Shown here piece after piece: positions 9,973-20,314 of a DNA stretch of 64,000 nucleotides. Numbering within the stretch: position 1 is the stretch's first letter; each line of letters starts with the position of its first letter. The stretch lies in contig CAWCBP010000014.1 in assembly GCA_963793865.1 (NCBI GenBank), positions 128,001-192,000 of the forward strand, read 5' to 3'. A model generated the notes under the pieces. That model was not told the origin of the DNA. It did not search any database and was given only the letters and a program-made list of their open reading frames with translations. A program made the position numbers and the translations under genes. Source of the stretch: an uncultured delta proteobacterium. Its GTDB lineage: Bacteria; Desulfobacterota; WTBG01.

Positions 9973-10806
9973 CTAGTTGTCCCGGAATTTTGATCTGTTG
10001 CCATTGAGATAGAGGGTGATGGTGACCTCATTGCCCCTTTCATTGAACGCTACCTTGTCCGTCAGGTATTCCACAATGAAGAGGCCTCGTTTGGCCGGAA
10101 TGTCGAGCTGATTCTGCTTCATCTGCCGGGAATATTCCTTTGCCTCAAAGCCTTCCCCTTCGTCCTGAACGGTCAGGGAAAATTTTTCGGCATCAAACGT
10201 CAGGATAATGGAAACGCTCTTGTGCGCACTTCCCTTGTTGCCGTGGACGAGCGCGTTGGTGAGAATTTCATCAGCGCACACGGAGATATTGTTGAGCATG
10301 TTTTCATCATCAATGCCCCGCCACTGGCATTCCTTGAGAATGTAGAAGGTAACCGAGGGTATGAGGTGAGGGTAGCTGGGAATTACAATCTCTGTGCGAT
10401 TGCGTATGTTTCTCAGGATCTTATCGGTGCCCAGCGCCAGCTCCCGCAGCCGCAATCCCTTGTTGATAATATTCTCCACCTCCCTGATGCTGAAGGGTTT
10501 GGTAATGAAGTTAAATGCCCCCCGGGTAAGGGCAAAGGTTGCATTTTTAACATCGCCGTACGCGGAGATGACGGCGATGGGAATCTTGGGATTCATGCTG
10601 CGGCTTTTAACGATGAACTTCATGCCGTCCATCTGGGGCATCATTAAATCGGTAATAATAAGATCGACCCTTTCAGATTGCAGCAGCTCCAGGGCTTCCA
10701 ATCCATTGCCGGCAGTCAGGGGGGTAAAGCCCAATTGGTCAACTATCGCCGACAAACTGCTGCGGATTGCCTCTTCATCATCGATAATGAGAATGACCTG
10801 TTTCAT
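9973..10806 (-). CDS. response regulator receiver fused to RsbW-like HATPase domain
   Basis: ILIIDDE...TDLMMP...KPF receiver; DEILTNALVHGN...QDEGEGF...RGLFIV. Confidence 0.85.
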   Translation of the reverse strand: MKQVILIIDDEEAIRSSLSAIVDQLGFTPLTAGNGLEALELLQSERVDLIITDLMMPQMDGMKFIVKSRSMNPKIPIAVISAYGDVKNATFALTRGAFNFITKPFSIREVENIINKGLRLRELALGTDKILRNIRNRTEIVIPSYPHLIPSVTFYILKECQWRGIDDENMLNNISVCADEILTNALVHGNKGSAHKSVSIILTFDAEKFSLTVQDEGEGFEAKEYSRQMKQNQLDIPAKRGLFIVEYLTDKVAFNERGNEVTITLYLNGNRSKFRDN

Positions 10807-10838
10807 ACCTTGTTTACCCTCGCGGATGAATAGGTAAT

Positions 10839-11117
10839 CTAGGGTTTGTTGACCCTTTCCTTGAGTTCTTTCCCCACCTTGAAAAAGGGCCTTCTCTTCG
10901 CGTTTACAGAAATGATTTCACCTGATTTCGGGTTTCTTCCCTTTCTTCCGGCGTAGTGCCGCACTTTAAAACTTCCGAACCCGCGGATTTCTATGCTCTC
11001 GTCTTTTGCCAAAGCTTCCGTCATTGAGCTGAAAATGGTATTCAGAGCCAATTCCGCGACTTCATGAGTTACGCCGACTTTTTCTGACAGATACTTGATA
11101 AGCTCAGACCTGATCAT
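10839..11117 (-). CDS. ihfB: integration host factor beta / HU family protein
   Basis: IEIRGFGSF...GRNPKSGE...PFFKVGKELKERVN. Confidence 0.85.
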   Translation of the reverse strand: MIRSELIKYLSEKVGVTHEVAELALNTIFSSMTEALAKDESIEIRGFGSFKVRHYAGRKGRNPKSGEIISVNAKRRPFFKVGKELKERVNKP

Positions 11118-11390
11118 TGCACGCCCCTTTCTCTCTACGGCAGGATGGAAAACAAGGCCATCAATCTTGCCTCAGCGCTGCGAAAAAGCATGGCCTGAGG
11201 ATACACCACCGTACTGTTCATCCGGGAAAAGAGATGCTTCCCGAATCCAGCATAACTGCCTGAAGTCATTATTCTTATTCATTATATGTTTCACATGGAA
11301 GTGTCAACACAATTTACAAAAATACTGAGCAGAGACAGATTAAGGGGAGCAGCGGTGGCTCTGCATGGCGGCAAAAAGCTTCATTTAACT

Positions 11391-11409
11391 ATTGAGACTG
11401 AGTCTCATT
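11391..11409 (+). promoter_or_regulatory. Fur-box-like 9-1-9 palindrome upstream of feoB
   Basis: ATTGAGACT-G-AGTCTCATT, just upstream of a TG-c-TATAGT extended -10. Confidence 0.65.
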
Positions 11410-11498
11410 TATGCTATAGTGATAGATGTGGGAGACGGTTAGGCCGATTATGTATCCCTGGTGTAATGGGGAAAAAGTTCTTCATGGTGGATCTGTAA

Positions 11499-13460
11499 TT
11501 GATGGACAGGCAGGCACGCGCAATGAGTCATACCGCACTTCATAAGGATAAAATAGTTATTGTCGGCAATTCCAACGTGGGGAAAAGCTCATTGTTTAAC
11601 CATCTTGCCAGAGAGTATTCCATCGTTGCCAACTATCCCTACACCACCATAGAAATAGCCCGGGGAACTCTTGCGATAGGGGGCAGACAGTTTGAGCTTA
11701 TCGATACCCCGGGTATTTATTCCCTGGAAATACAGTCGGCAGATGAGATTGTGACGAGGGATATACTGATTAAAGAGCACCCCGAGTGCGTCATTCAATG
11801 CATCGACGCGGCCAATTTAAAAACGTCGCTCCTGCTCACCTCCCAGCTGCTGGAGCTGGCCGCACCGCTGATCATTTGTCTTAATAATGTAGATGGTGCC
11901 GGAAAGAAGGGCATAGAAATTGACAGCAGCGAGCTGAGCCGCTGCCTGGGTGTGCCGGTCATTGAAACTGTTGCCAGCGAAGGCAAGGGACTGCCGGATT
12001 TGCGAAGAGCCATTCTTGACACCAGGCACCCTTCCAATGGATTTAAGCATACGGAATTCATACAAGCCCGTCTGGAAAAGATAGCCCGCCACTTTCCTGA
12101 CCACAACCGGCCCCCGTTTGCGCTGGTGCTGCTTCTGCTGCTGGGAGATGCATTGATCGAAGAATGGGTGCATAAGTATTATGGAGACGCAATTTGCCGG
12201 AATGCAACAAACGAGGCCCGCGACATAAGGGCGAGTGTTACAACCCCGCTCGGGAGGATTGTGTTTAACCGGCGCAATGAATGGGCAGACGGCATTGTGC
12301 GCCTGGTTTCAGGGACAACTGCCCTGACCGCCAGTCGATTATTGGAACGTTTCGGAGCGTTAGCCCGCCACCCCGTTTACGGATGGTTAATTTTATCCGG
12401 GATTGTGTATGTAACCTACCTTCTGGTCGGGAAGCTGGGGGCGATCGTGCTGGTTCCCGCTATCAACGAGCACTTTTTTAATCCCCTTACTTCATTCATT
12501 GGCAGCCTCGTTCCCTTTGCCTTCTGGCGTGATTTTCTGGTGGGAGATTATGGAATTCTGACGCTGGGCTTCGCGAATGCCGTCGGCACGGTAATCCCCC
12601 TTCTTGCCCTGTTTTTTTTCGTGCTCAACACCCTGGAGGATATTGGTTATCTGCCCAATTTATGCATTCTCAGCAACCGTTTTTTTCAGCAGATTGGATT
12701 GAGCGGGAAATCGGTGCTGCCTATTATTTTAGGGTTCGGCTGCAAGACCGCGGCAACGCTCACCACACGGATACTGGACTCAAAAAAGGAGCGTTACATT
12801 GCCATATTTCTTATTGCCTTTGCCATCCCCTGTTCAGCCCAGCTCGGCATCAACATTGCCGTGCTGGCATTTTTCCCCATCAGTGCCTTTATTTTTGTTT
12901 TCGGGGTGCTTGCCGTGGTTGAGATTATTGCCGGGGTCATTTTAAACAAGGGCATACAGGAAGAGACCCGCACCGATTTCATATTGGAAATACCGGTTAT
13001 CCGCGTACCCACGGTTAAGCATCTGCTGCTTAAAACATACCATCGTCTTAAATGGTTTGCCGTTGAAACGGTACCCCTGTTTGTTCTGGGGGCCTTGGTC
13101 CTCTTTGTGATGGAGCGGTTGCTCATTCTGGATCTTCTGAAAGCGTTCCTGTCACCGGTTGTTGTCTCATTCCTGGGGCTGCCCCTCAAGTGCGTAGAGG
13201 TCTTTTTGCTCTGCATCGCGCGAAGAGAGGCAGGCGCGGTCATCCTGCTGCAACTGCTTAAAGCAGGGCAGATCGACTATGTGCAGGCATGCGTGGGCAC
13301 TATAACCATCTCGCTTTTCATGCCCTGCTTTGCCAACGTTATGGCAATGATAAAAGAGCTTGGATGGAAGGCAGCGCTCCTGATGGTGCTGGTGATTACC
13401 GGCTCCTCCATTCTTATAGGCGGATTGATAAATCACCTGATGCGCATTTTCCTGCGATGA
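11499..13460 (+). CDS. feoB: ferrous iron transporter FeoB
   Basis: GNSNVGKS, NYPYTT, DTPG GTPase motifs; LEDIGY, GFGC, IPCSAQ membrane motifs; start may be 11523. Confidence 0.92.
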   Translation: MMDRQARAMSHTALHKDKIVIVGNSNVGKSSLFNHLAREYSIVANYPYTTIEIARGTLAIGGRQFELIDTPGIYSLEIQSADEIVTRDILIKEHPECVIQCIDAANLKTSLLLTSQLLELAAPLIICLNNVDGAGKKGIEIDSSELSRCLGVPVIETVASEGKGLPDLRRAILDTRHPSNGFKHTEFIQARLEKIARHFPDHNRPPFALVLLLLLGDALIEEWVHKYYGDAICRNATNEARDIRASVTTPLGRIVFNRRNEWADGIVRLVSGTTALTASRLLERFGALARHPVYGWLILSGIVYVTYLLVGKLGAIVLVPAINEHFFNPLTSFIGSLVPFAFWRDFLVGDYGILTLGFANAVGTVIPLLALFFFVLNTLEDIGYLPNLCILSNRFFQQIGLSGKSVLPIILGFGCKTAATLTTRILDSKKERYIAIFLIAFAIPCSAQLGINIAVLAFFPISAFIFVFGVLAVVEIIAGVILNKGIQEETRTDFILEIPVIRVPTVKHLLLKTYHRLKWFAVETVPLFVLGALVLFVMERLLILDLLKAFLSPVVVSFLGLPLKCVEVFLLCIARREAGAVILLQLLKAGQIDYVQACVGTITISLFMPCFANVMAMIKELGWKAALLMVLVITGSSILIGGLINHLMRIFLR

Positions 13461-13484
13461 ACATCCTTTGTCTCCGGTACCGCC

Positions 13485-13937
13485 ATGAAGGTGAAAACAG
13501 ATAAGCTTGAAAAGCTGCTGCGCGGCTATTGCAAGCAAAAGAGCTTAAAATACACCCCCGGGAGAAAAACCATCCTTGAAGCGGTTTGCTCCATGAACAG
13601 TCATTTTGAGGCGGATGATTTGTATCTCAAGCTGCGCGAAACAGGCGGCCGCAGGATATCACGGGCAACGGTTTACCGGACGCTCCCCCTGCTGGAAGAA
13701 AGCGGACTGATCAGGAGGGTAATTTTTATTGACAAACACACCCACTATGAACAGGTGTATGATCACCTGCACCACGAACATCTTATCTGCCTTAAATGCG
13801 GCAGGATAATAGAATTTTACAAGCGGGCCCTGGAAGATTCGCTTGAAGATATTGCCCGGGAGCACAGGTTCAAATCTGTTGCCCACAAGCTGGAGGTTAC
13901 CGGTTACTGCGATACCTGCAGCAGGGATGAACGTTAA
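13485..13937 (+). CDS. fur: Fur-family transcriptional regulator
   Basis: ISRATVYRTL, HHEHLICLKCG, GYCDTC. Confidence 0.9.
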   Translation: MKVKTDKLEKLLRGYCKQKSLKYTPGRKTILEAVCSMNSHFEADDLYLKLRETGGRRISRATVYRTLPLLEESGLIRRVIFIDKHTHYEQVYDHLHHEHLICLKCGRIIEFYKRALEDSLEDIAREHRFKSVAHKLEVTGYCDTCSRDER

Positions 13938-13955
13938 CCCAAGGAGCGGCGCGCC

Positions 13956-14675
13956 ATGGAAAAAAAGGAGAGAGACGAACACCTGGAAACCATATGGCAC
14001 CTTATTGAGAACAATGAATCAGACGTAAACAGTTTCAGGAGTCACAGCAGCGAGACCTTTGATGAGGGGATTCTGGAGCATCTGCGGGCGGACGGGTATA
14101 TAACCCTGCGGGGGGATGAAATTTCGCTGACGGAAAAGGGCAAAGGTGAAGCGCAACAGATCATACGCAGGCACCGGCTGGCCGAAAGGTTATTGACCGA
14201 CGTGCTGGGCATGGCTCTGGGCGACATTGAGCCGGGGGCCTGTGAATTTGAGCATGTTCTCGCGCCGGAGCTGGTTGACAGCATTTGCACCCTGCTCGGA
14301 CACCCCCGCGAATGTCCCCACGGGGGGCCAATTCCGGAAGGCGAATGCTGCAGGCAGGCCGTCAAAACGGTGGCAAGCGTTGTCCGCCCGCTGACCGACG
14401 TGCACATTGGCGAAGAGGTCAAAGTCGTTTATGTCAACACCAGATCAAACAGCAGGATGCACAAGCTGACGCACTTCGGGATTATGCCCGGGGCACGGGT
14501 ATCCGTTCACCAGCGCTATCCGTCATTTGTGATTGTGTGCGGCAGCAACCAGATTGCGCTTGAGGAGGAAATTGCCCGGGAGATTTATGTATGGCAAAAG
14601 GAACGAGTCACTCCTCATGCGGAAGTTCTTCATGAGGATCGCAAACGCTGGCGATTCAGGAAGGGCAAAGGGTAG
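13956..14675 (+). CDS. DtxR/MntR-family metalloregulator with C-terminal FeoA/SH3 domain
   Basis: RRHRLAERLL...ACEFEH...CPHGGPIP; C-terminal KLTHFGIMPG. Confidence 0.88.
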   Translation: MEKKERDEHLETIWHLIENNESDVNSFRSHSSETFDEGILEHLRADGYITLRGDEISLTEKGKGEAQQIIRRHRLAERLLTDVLGMALGDIEPGACEFEHVLAPELVDSICTLLGHPRECPHGGPIPEGECCRQAVKTVASVVRPLTDVHIGEEVKVVYVNTRSNSRMHKLTHFGIMPGARVSVHQRYPSFVIVCGSNQIALEEEIAREIYVWQKERVTPHAEVLHEDRKRWRFRKGKG

Positions 14676-14720
14676 CCCGCGCGGTGTGAGCAGCTTCGGC
14701 CCGAAGCTGTTTGCCTAGAA

Positions 14721-15170
14721 TCAGGTGGGAATGGCGCTGGAATTAACAATTAAAGTTTTGTAGGTGAGCTGATCAAGCTCCATTCGATTCTTAAGTAATG
14801 TTCCCCTGGCGGTTACATAACCGCCTTCATTTTTTGCCCACCGGGCGAGGTAAACCGCATCGGCGGGAACATATTTTAGAAAACTGTCCTCATAGGCGCG
14901 CAGTTGTTTGCCTTCTTTTTCCAGGATCAGGTACCAGGAGGTTGAATCCCGCTCTTCAAAATGGGAAACAAGCGCGCTGATTTCTATTGTCCTCCCTTCA
15001 AAGGCCTCATAGTTATCCAGGACCTGTGCAAGATCTGCGGCAATAACGATATGGTTGTTTTGATACTGTGCCGGATTCCGGAGATAGGTTTCAGAATCAA
15101 TCCGGATTGCGTGCGCGCAGCCCGCAATTAAAAATGTAAAAATTAATAGTACGGTACACTGTCTTTGCAT
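14721..15170 (-). CDS. hypothetical lipoprotein
   Basis: LIAGC lipobox; AAGGAG RBS. Confidence 0.7.
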   Translation of the reverse strand: MQRQCTVLLIFTFLIAGCAHAIRIDSETYLRNPAQYQNNHIVIAADLAQVLDNYEAFEGRTIEISALVSHFEERDSTSWYLILEKEGKQLRAYEDSFLKYVPADAVYLARWAKNEGGYVTARGTLLKNRMELDQLTYKTLIVNSSAIPT

Positions 15171-15427
15171 GGTGTTACACTCCTTTTTGGTAAATAAGAA
15201 CATATTTCAGTCCGGGAATCAAATCCCGATGGATTTTTTTAGGGCGCGCATAGGGGAGGGTACGGATTTAATTGCCTCATGACAGCAAGCAGGGCTTAAT
15301 TCATTAATATTTAAAGTTTTTATTGCAAAATGCCGAGCAAGTAATAAATTGGTAAAAAAATTGTTGACATCATAAATAAATTATCTTATCATTATCTGTT
15401 AAAAAGTTGGCATTTGGTTGTACGTAT

Positions 15428-15474
15428 ACCGGTTTGCCTGCTGAACGAGGAGTACAATGCAAACCGGTTTTTTT
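15428..15474 (+). terminator. terminator-like hairpin in the leader of the PxxKW gene
   Basis: ACCGGTTTGC...GCAAACCGGT followed by a T-tract; lies downstream of TTGACA-17-TATCAT (15364-15392). Confidence 0.55.
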
Positions 15475-15542
15475 GTATGTCAGGTAAGGTTGCCTGCGCA
15501 CGGTATAATGTTTAACCAGGATTCAAGAAAGGAGCATGTAGC

Positions 15543-15830
15543 ATGATTTGCCAAACAGTAAAAGCCGGAACCGATTGTTTCTTTATGACCAAGAAAGGAT
15601 GCAATTTTAATGGCGGCACCTGCTATGCCATCGTCACCAATTGCGAGGGCTGCGGCCGGGTAAAGGAATATCCGGCGGGAAAGTACTGTGCATCGTATCC
15701 CCAGCCTGAGATGAAGTGGAAATCCGGCAAGTGCAATTTAGCGACCCACATTGAACTTGTAGCTGCGAAGGAAGAGAAAAAAGTCAACGCCTTGAAGGCG
15801 TCAAAGAGAAAAGCAACGGGCAGAATGTAA
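15543..15830 (+). CDS. PxxKW-family cysteine-rich protein
   Basis: MICQTVKAGTDCFFM...CEGC...YPQPEMKW...CNLATH...NALKASKR. Confidence 0.85.
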   Translation: MICQTVKAGTDCFFMTKKGCNFNGGTCYAIVTNCEGCGRVKEYPAGKYCASYPQPEMKWKSGKCNLATHIELVAAKEEKKVNALKASKRKATGRM

Positions 15831-16128
15831 GCATGGCTTGACGGATGTTTTATTGCATCTGCAGCCATAACGCTTTAAAACCCGTTGTATTGAAACTGAT
15901 TGGGAAAAGGGGAATAGCGTCCTGATACAAGGATCGCCATTCCCCTTATGCTTCATTGTAACTTCCGCTTTACAACGTGCATAGAAATTGTTAACCTGCT
16001 TGAGTCGAAGCCGGAACGGTCTTCCTCAGATTTCAATCCTTCCCGCCCCGGTTTAAAATCACACGTCTTTTTTAAGCGCGGTGGATTTCCCGTATCGGAC
16101 ATCCTGGTTTGTTCAGCGGTCATACAAC

Positions 16129-17592
16129 ATGGGTTGCATACAATATTACAGCACCAATAATAAGTCGGAGCTTGTTTCCTTTGAGGCGGCGTTGATGCGG
16201 GGTCTGGGCTCGAACTATGGTCTGTATATGATCGGGCGCGCGGACATTCCGAAGCTGGAAGCCTCGTCAATAAAGGCCATGCGCGATTTCAGCTATGCCC
16301 GGATTGCGTTTGCCGTTCTCAATCCATTTCTGAAGGATGAAATTGATCCGCGGGACCTGGAACAGATACTTGATGATGCCTATGACGACAGGGTTATCCC
16401 GACAACCATCCAGCATGTTTCAGGCGAAACATCCATCATGTGGCTGTCCAAGGGGCCAACCTACTCGTTTAAGGATTACGCGGCCCGCTTTTTTGCCAGG
16501 ATACTTAATTATTTTCTTAAGCGGTCAGGGTGCCGGAGAGTGGTTGCGGTAGCCACCAGCGGCGATACCGGCGGCGCGGTTGCTGATGCCCTCCACCGGC
16601 AGGAGAGTGTGGATAATCTGGTGTTCTTCCCCCGGGGCTCCATTACCGAGCGGCAGCGAAGGCAGATGACCACCCTTCAGGACAACATCTATGCCTTCGA
16701 AGTGAACGGGGATTTTGATGTATGCCAGGCGCTGGCGAAACAACTGCTCGGGGACAAGGCATTTGCTTTTGAGGTATTCAGCGATGCCGACCGGTTTACG
16801 TCGGCCAATTCAATCAGCCTGGGCAGGCTGCTGCCCCAGGCCGTCTATCCCTTTTTTGCCTATTCGCGCGCGGTGAGCTTCGGTGATCCGCTGATTGCCA
16901 GTGTGCCCTCGGGAAATTTCGGGGACATGATGGGGACGGTCATTGCCAGGGAAATGGGGCTCCCCGTGGGGAAAATAGTATGCGGCGTCAATGAAAACAG
17001 GGAGTTTCCCCGCTTTCTGGAAACGGGAGAATATGTGGTGAGGCCGTCGGTAAAATCCCCCTCCTCAGCTATGATCGTTTCCAATCCAAGCAATTTTGCC
17101 AGGCTGCTTGATCTGTACGGCGGCCATGTGTATGACAGGCGCGATGCGAGGGGGAAGATTGTTCAGGAAGGGGTGATAGACATTCAGCCTGACCTGAGCG
17201 CCATGCGGAGCGATCTTTACTCAATGAGCGTGAGCAATCCCGATCACTATCAGGCAATGAAAGAGGTGTACGACCGCTTCGGCATCATCATGGAGCCGCA
17301 CGGCGCCGTGGGCTGGAGGGCACTGGATAGGTTTCTGGAAGGGAAGCATGACCGGCCCGCGGTCGTGTATGAGACCGCCGACCCGGGCAAATTCCCTGAT
17401 GACATACAGAAAGCGATCGGCATCGTGCCGGCCACTCCCGAAAATATTGTGAGACAGTCCGCGCTGAAGGAACGAATGTATCGCATTGAGGAACCGCCTG
17501 CCTTCAATAAAGACGGTTCCATGACATTGAGTGACGCGCAATATGAAAGGGCAAAGGAGATGGTGCGGGACATTTTTTCATCGGCGGCATAA
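16129..17592 (+). CDS. thrC: threonine synthase
   Basis: YYSTN, GPTYSFKD (PLP lysine), ATSGDTG, SANSISLGRL, VPSGNFG; alternative start 16081. Confidence 0.9.
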   Translation: MGCIQYYSTNNKSELVSFEAALMRGLGSNYGLYMIGRADIPKLEASSIKAMRDFSYARIAFAVLNPFLKDEIDPRDLEQILDDAYDDRVIPTTIQHVSGETSIMWLSKGPTYSFKDYAARFFARILNYFLKRSGCRRVVAVATSGDTGGAVADALHRQESVDNLVFFPRGSITERQRRQMTTLQDNIYAFEVNGDFDVCQALAKQLLGDKAFAFEVFSDADRFTSANSISLGRLLPQAVYPFFAYSRAVSFGDPLIASVPSGNFGDMMGTVIAREMGLPVGKIVCGVNENREFPRFLETGEYVVRPSVKSPSSAMIVSNPSNFARLLDLYGGHVYDRRDARGKIVQEGVIDIQPDLSAMRSDLYSMSVSNPDHYQAMKEVYDRFGIIMEPHGAVGWRALDRFLEGKHDRPAVVYETADPGKFPDDIQKAIGIVPATPENIVRQSALKERMYRIEEPPAFNKDGSMTLSDAQYERAKEMVRDIFSSAA

Positions 17593-17675
17593 AACGGGTG
17601 CTTGTGAAGCGGCACCGGTCTTAAAACAGTGAGGCACATAACCATTCCTTATTATCAGAGCGAAGGAGTAACTGC

Positions 17676-18284
17676 ATGAGCGAACCAAAAAGCAAGAACA
17701 TAACCTGGCATCATGGATTGGTGGACCGGAAGGAGCGTGAGAAGGTAAACAGGAACAAGGGGGTGATACTGTGGTATACGGGTCTTTCCGGCTCGGGGAA
17801 ATCCACCATTGCCAACGCCGTGGAAAAAAGGGTTTTTGACGCGGGGTATCACACCTATGTTCTGGACGGCGATAACATCCGTTTCGGCTTAAACAGTAAT
17901 GTGGGTTTTTCACCGGAAGACCGGACCGAGAATATCAGGCGCATCGGCGAGGTGGCCAAGCTCTTTGTCGACGCAGGGATAATGGTCTCCACCGCATTCA
18001 TCTCCCCCTATAAAAAGGACCGCGACCGGGTGAGAAGCATCGTGGAAGACGGTGACATGGTTGAGATTTATGTAAAGTGCGCCATTGAGATCTGCGAGCA
18101 GCGGGACGCCAAGGGGCTCTACCAAAAGGCGCGTGCCGGGCAGATAGCGGAGTTCACGGGAATTTCAGCACCCTACGAAGAGCCGGACAATCCGGAAATA
18201 ATCATAGATTCGGGAAAGCTTTCTGTGAATGAGTGCTGCGATGCGGTAATCGAGTATCTCAAGAAAAATAAGTATATCCTGTAA
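17676..18284 (+). CDS. cysC: adenylyl-sulfate kinase
   Basis: TGLSGSGKST, LDGDNIR, FTGISAPYEEP. Confidence 0.95.
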   Translation: MSEPKSKNITWHHGLVDRKEREKVNRNKGVILWYTGLSGSGKSTIANAVEKRVFDAGYHTYVLDGDNIRFGLNSNVGFSPEDRTENIRRIGEVAKLFVDAGIMVSTAFISPYKKDRDRVRSIVEDGDMVEIYVKCAIEICEQRDAKGLYQKARAGQIAEFTGISAPYEEPDNPEIIIDSGKLSVNECCDAVIEYLKKNKYIL

Positions 18285-18499
18285 TTCAGCTTGAATGTAG
18301 GAGTGCCGCGTTTTTGCCTGATCCAATGCCGGGGGGAATGTTCCTCTCGGACAAGTGCGAGGAGTACCGGCAGCGGGCGTTCCCACATGCAACAAAGCAC
18401 CTCATGGCCTGCGCCCTGGCTTGATCATAACCTGGAGAATACAGAAGAAGAGAAGTACTGCATTACTGCCAACCACTATATTTTGTAGTATCTTCCTCC

Positions 18500-18528
18500 T
18501 TGACACCCAATATCCATTCTCCTATACT
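18500..18528 (+). promoter_or_regulatory. sigma-70 promoter of top6B-top6A
   Basis: TTGACA-17-TATACT. Confidence 0.6.
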
Positions 18529-18648
18529 GAAGGCAATGACGCACCGCATTGTTTTTACTGCACAGGTGGTGCGTTCATGAAGCATGATCTTTTCACGAGT
18601 GGGTGACGAAGGTTCGCGCCTTAACCAATAACGGAAAGAAGGTAGGTA

Positions 18649-20262
18649 ATGAGACAATCGAGCGCGGCGGAAGTGGAAGAACAGGAAACGGGCCGCGCGC
18701 TGAACAAGAAGAGGCTTGAAACCGCTGAGAGCATGGCGGCCCGCCAGCGGGACATCTCGGTGTCGGAATTTTTCGCCAAGAACCGCCACCTGCTGGGTTT
18801 TGATAATCCGCGCAAAGCGCTTCTCACGGCCATTAAAGAGGCGGTGGATAATTCACTGGATGCCTGCGAGGAAGCGGGCATATTGCCCGATATCCTTGTC
18901 AGCATCGAAGACCTCGGAAATGACCGTTTCCGCATCGCGGTGGAGGACAACGGCCCGGGTATTGTCAAGCGCCAGATTCCCAACATTTTCGGGAAGCTGC
19001 TCTATGGTTCGAAATTCCACTGCCTGAAGATGAGCCGGGGGCAGCAGGGGATCGGGATCAGCGCGGCCGGCATGTACGGGATGCTTACCACCGGCAAGCC
19101 GGTTGAAATCATCAGCCGCACCGATCCGTCAAAGCCCGCGCACCATTTTCTTCTGCAGATTGACACCAAGAAGAACAAGCCTGAAATCATCAGCGATAAA
19201 GAGGTGGAGTGGGAGCTTACGCACGGCACGCGCGTGGCCATCGAGCTGGAAGGCAAGCACACGCGGGGCAGGCAGTCGGTAGACGAGTATGTGCGCCAGA
19301 CCGTCATCGCCAATCCCCACCTCCGGGTTCGGTACCAGGAACCCTCGGGCGAGCTGATTACTTATGAGCGGTCCAGCGATCAGCGTCCCGGACACACCAG
19401 CGAGATTAAACCCCATCCCCATGGCGTTGAGATGGGCGTGCTCCAGACCATGCTTAAGGATACCAGGGCGCGCAACCTGGGAGGTTTTTTGCAGATGGAA
19501 TTTTCCAGGGTTTCGCAGCGGGTGGCGGAGGAAATTTGCGCCAATGCCGCTATTGCACCCTCGCTTTCACCCTCGCGCATGGGGCATCAGGAAGTGGAGA
19601 AACTGATGCAGGGGATTGCCAAAACCAAAATCATGAATCCGCCCACCAACTGTGTAGCCCCCATCGGCGAAGAGCAGTTGCAAAAGGGCCTGGAGTCGAC
19701 CATCCCGGCTGCTTTTTACACCTGTACCACCAGACCTCCGGCGGTGTACCGGGGAAATCCCTTCATCATTGAGGCGGCCCTTGCCTACGGCGGTGACGGC
19801 CAGGAAGCCGACGAGCCGGCCCGGGTGCTCAGGTTTGCCAACCGGGTGCCGTTGCTGTACCAGCAGGGCGGGTGCTGCGCCTACCAGTCGGTGCTGCAGA
19901 CAAACTGGCGACAGTATGGCTTGAACCAGCCTCGCGGTGCGCTTCCCGTGGGACCCCTCACTATTATCGTGCACATGGCCTCGGTCTGGGTCCCTTTCAC
20001 CAGCGAATCCAAGGAAGCCATTGCCGGATACCCGGAGATTGAGGAGCAGATTGTGCTCGCCCTGCAGGAATGCGGCCGCAGGTTAAAGCTGTTCCTTTCC
20101 AAGCGCAGGCGGGAAGCTGAAGCGCAGCGCAAGCTTGACTATCTTGAGATGTATCTTCCCCATATCGGAATCGGCCTGCGCGAACTGCTCAATTTGCCGG
20201 AGAAGGAAGAGAAGCAGCTGACGGATACGCTCAAGGAGCTGCTGGAGCGGCACCGGGGCTGA
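18649..20262 (+). CDS. top6B: DNA topoisomerase VI subunit B
   Basis: [62 protein letters not shown]. Confidence 0.95.
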   Translation: MRQSSAAEVEEQETGRALNKKRLETAESMAARQRDISVSEFFAKNRHLLGFDNPRKALLTAIKEAVDNSLDACEEAGILPDILVSIEDLGNDRFRIAVEDNGPGIVKRQIPNIFGKLLYGSKFHCLKMSRGQQGIGISAAGMYGMLTTGKPVEIISRTDPSKPAHHFLLQIDTKKNKPEIISDKEVEWELTHGTRVAIELEGKHTRGRQSVDEYVRQTVIANPHLRVRYQEPSGELITYERSSDQRPGHTSEIKPHPHGVEMGVLQTMLKDTRARNLGGFLQMEFSRVSQRVAEEICANAAIAPSLSPSRMGHQEVEKLMQGIAKTKIMNPPTNCVAPIGEEQLQKGLESTIPAAFYTCTTRPPAVYRGNPFIIEAALAYGGDGQEADEPARVLRFANRVPLLYQQGGCCAYQSVLQTNWRQYGLNQPRGALPVGPLTIIVHMASVWVPFTSESKEAIAGYPEIEEQIVLALQECGRRLKLFLSKRRREAEAQRKLDYLEMYLPHIGIGLRELLNLPEKEEKQLTDTLKELLERHRG

Positions 20263-20314
20263 ACTGCCCGGGCAATATACTTATTCAGAGGAAAGCAATC
20301 AGGCAATTCCGGGG

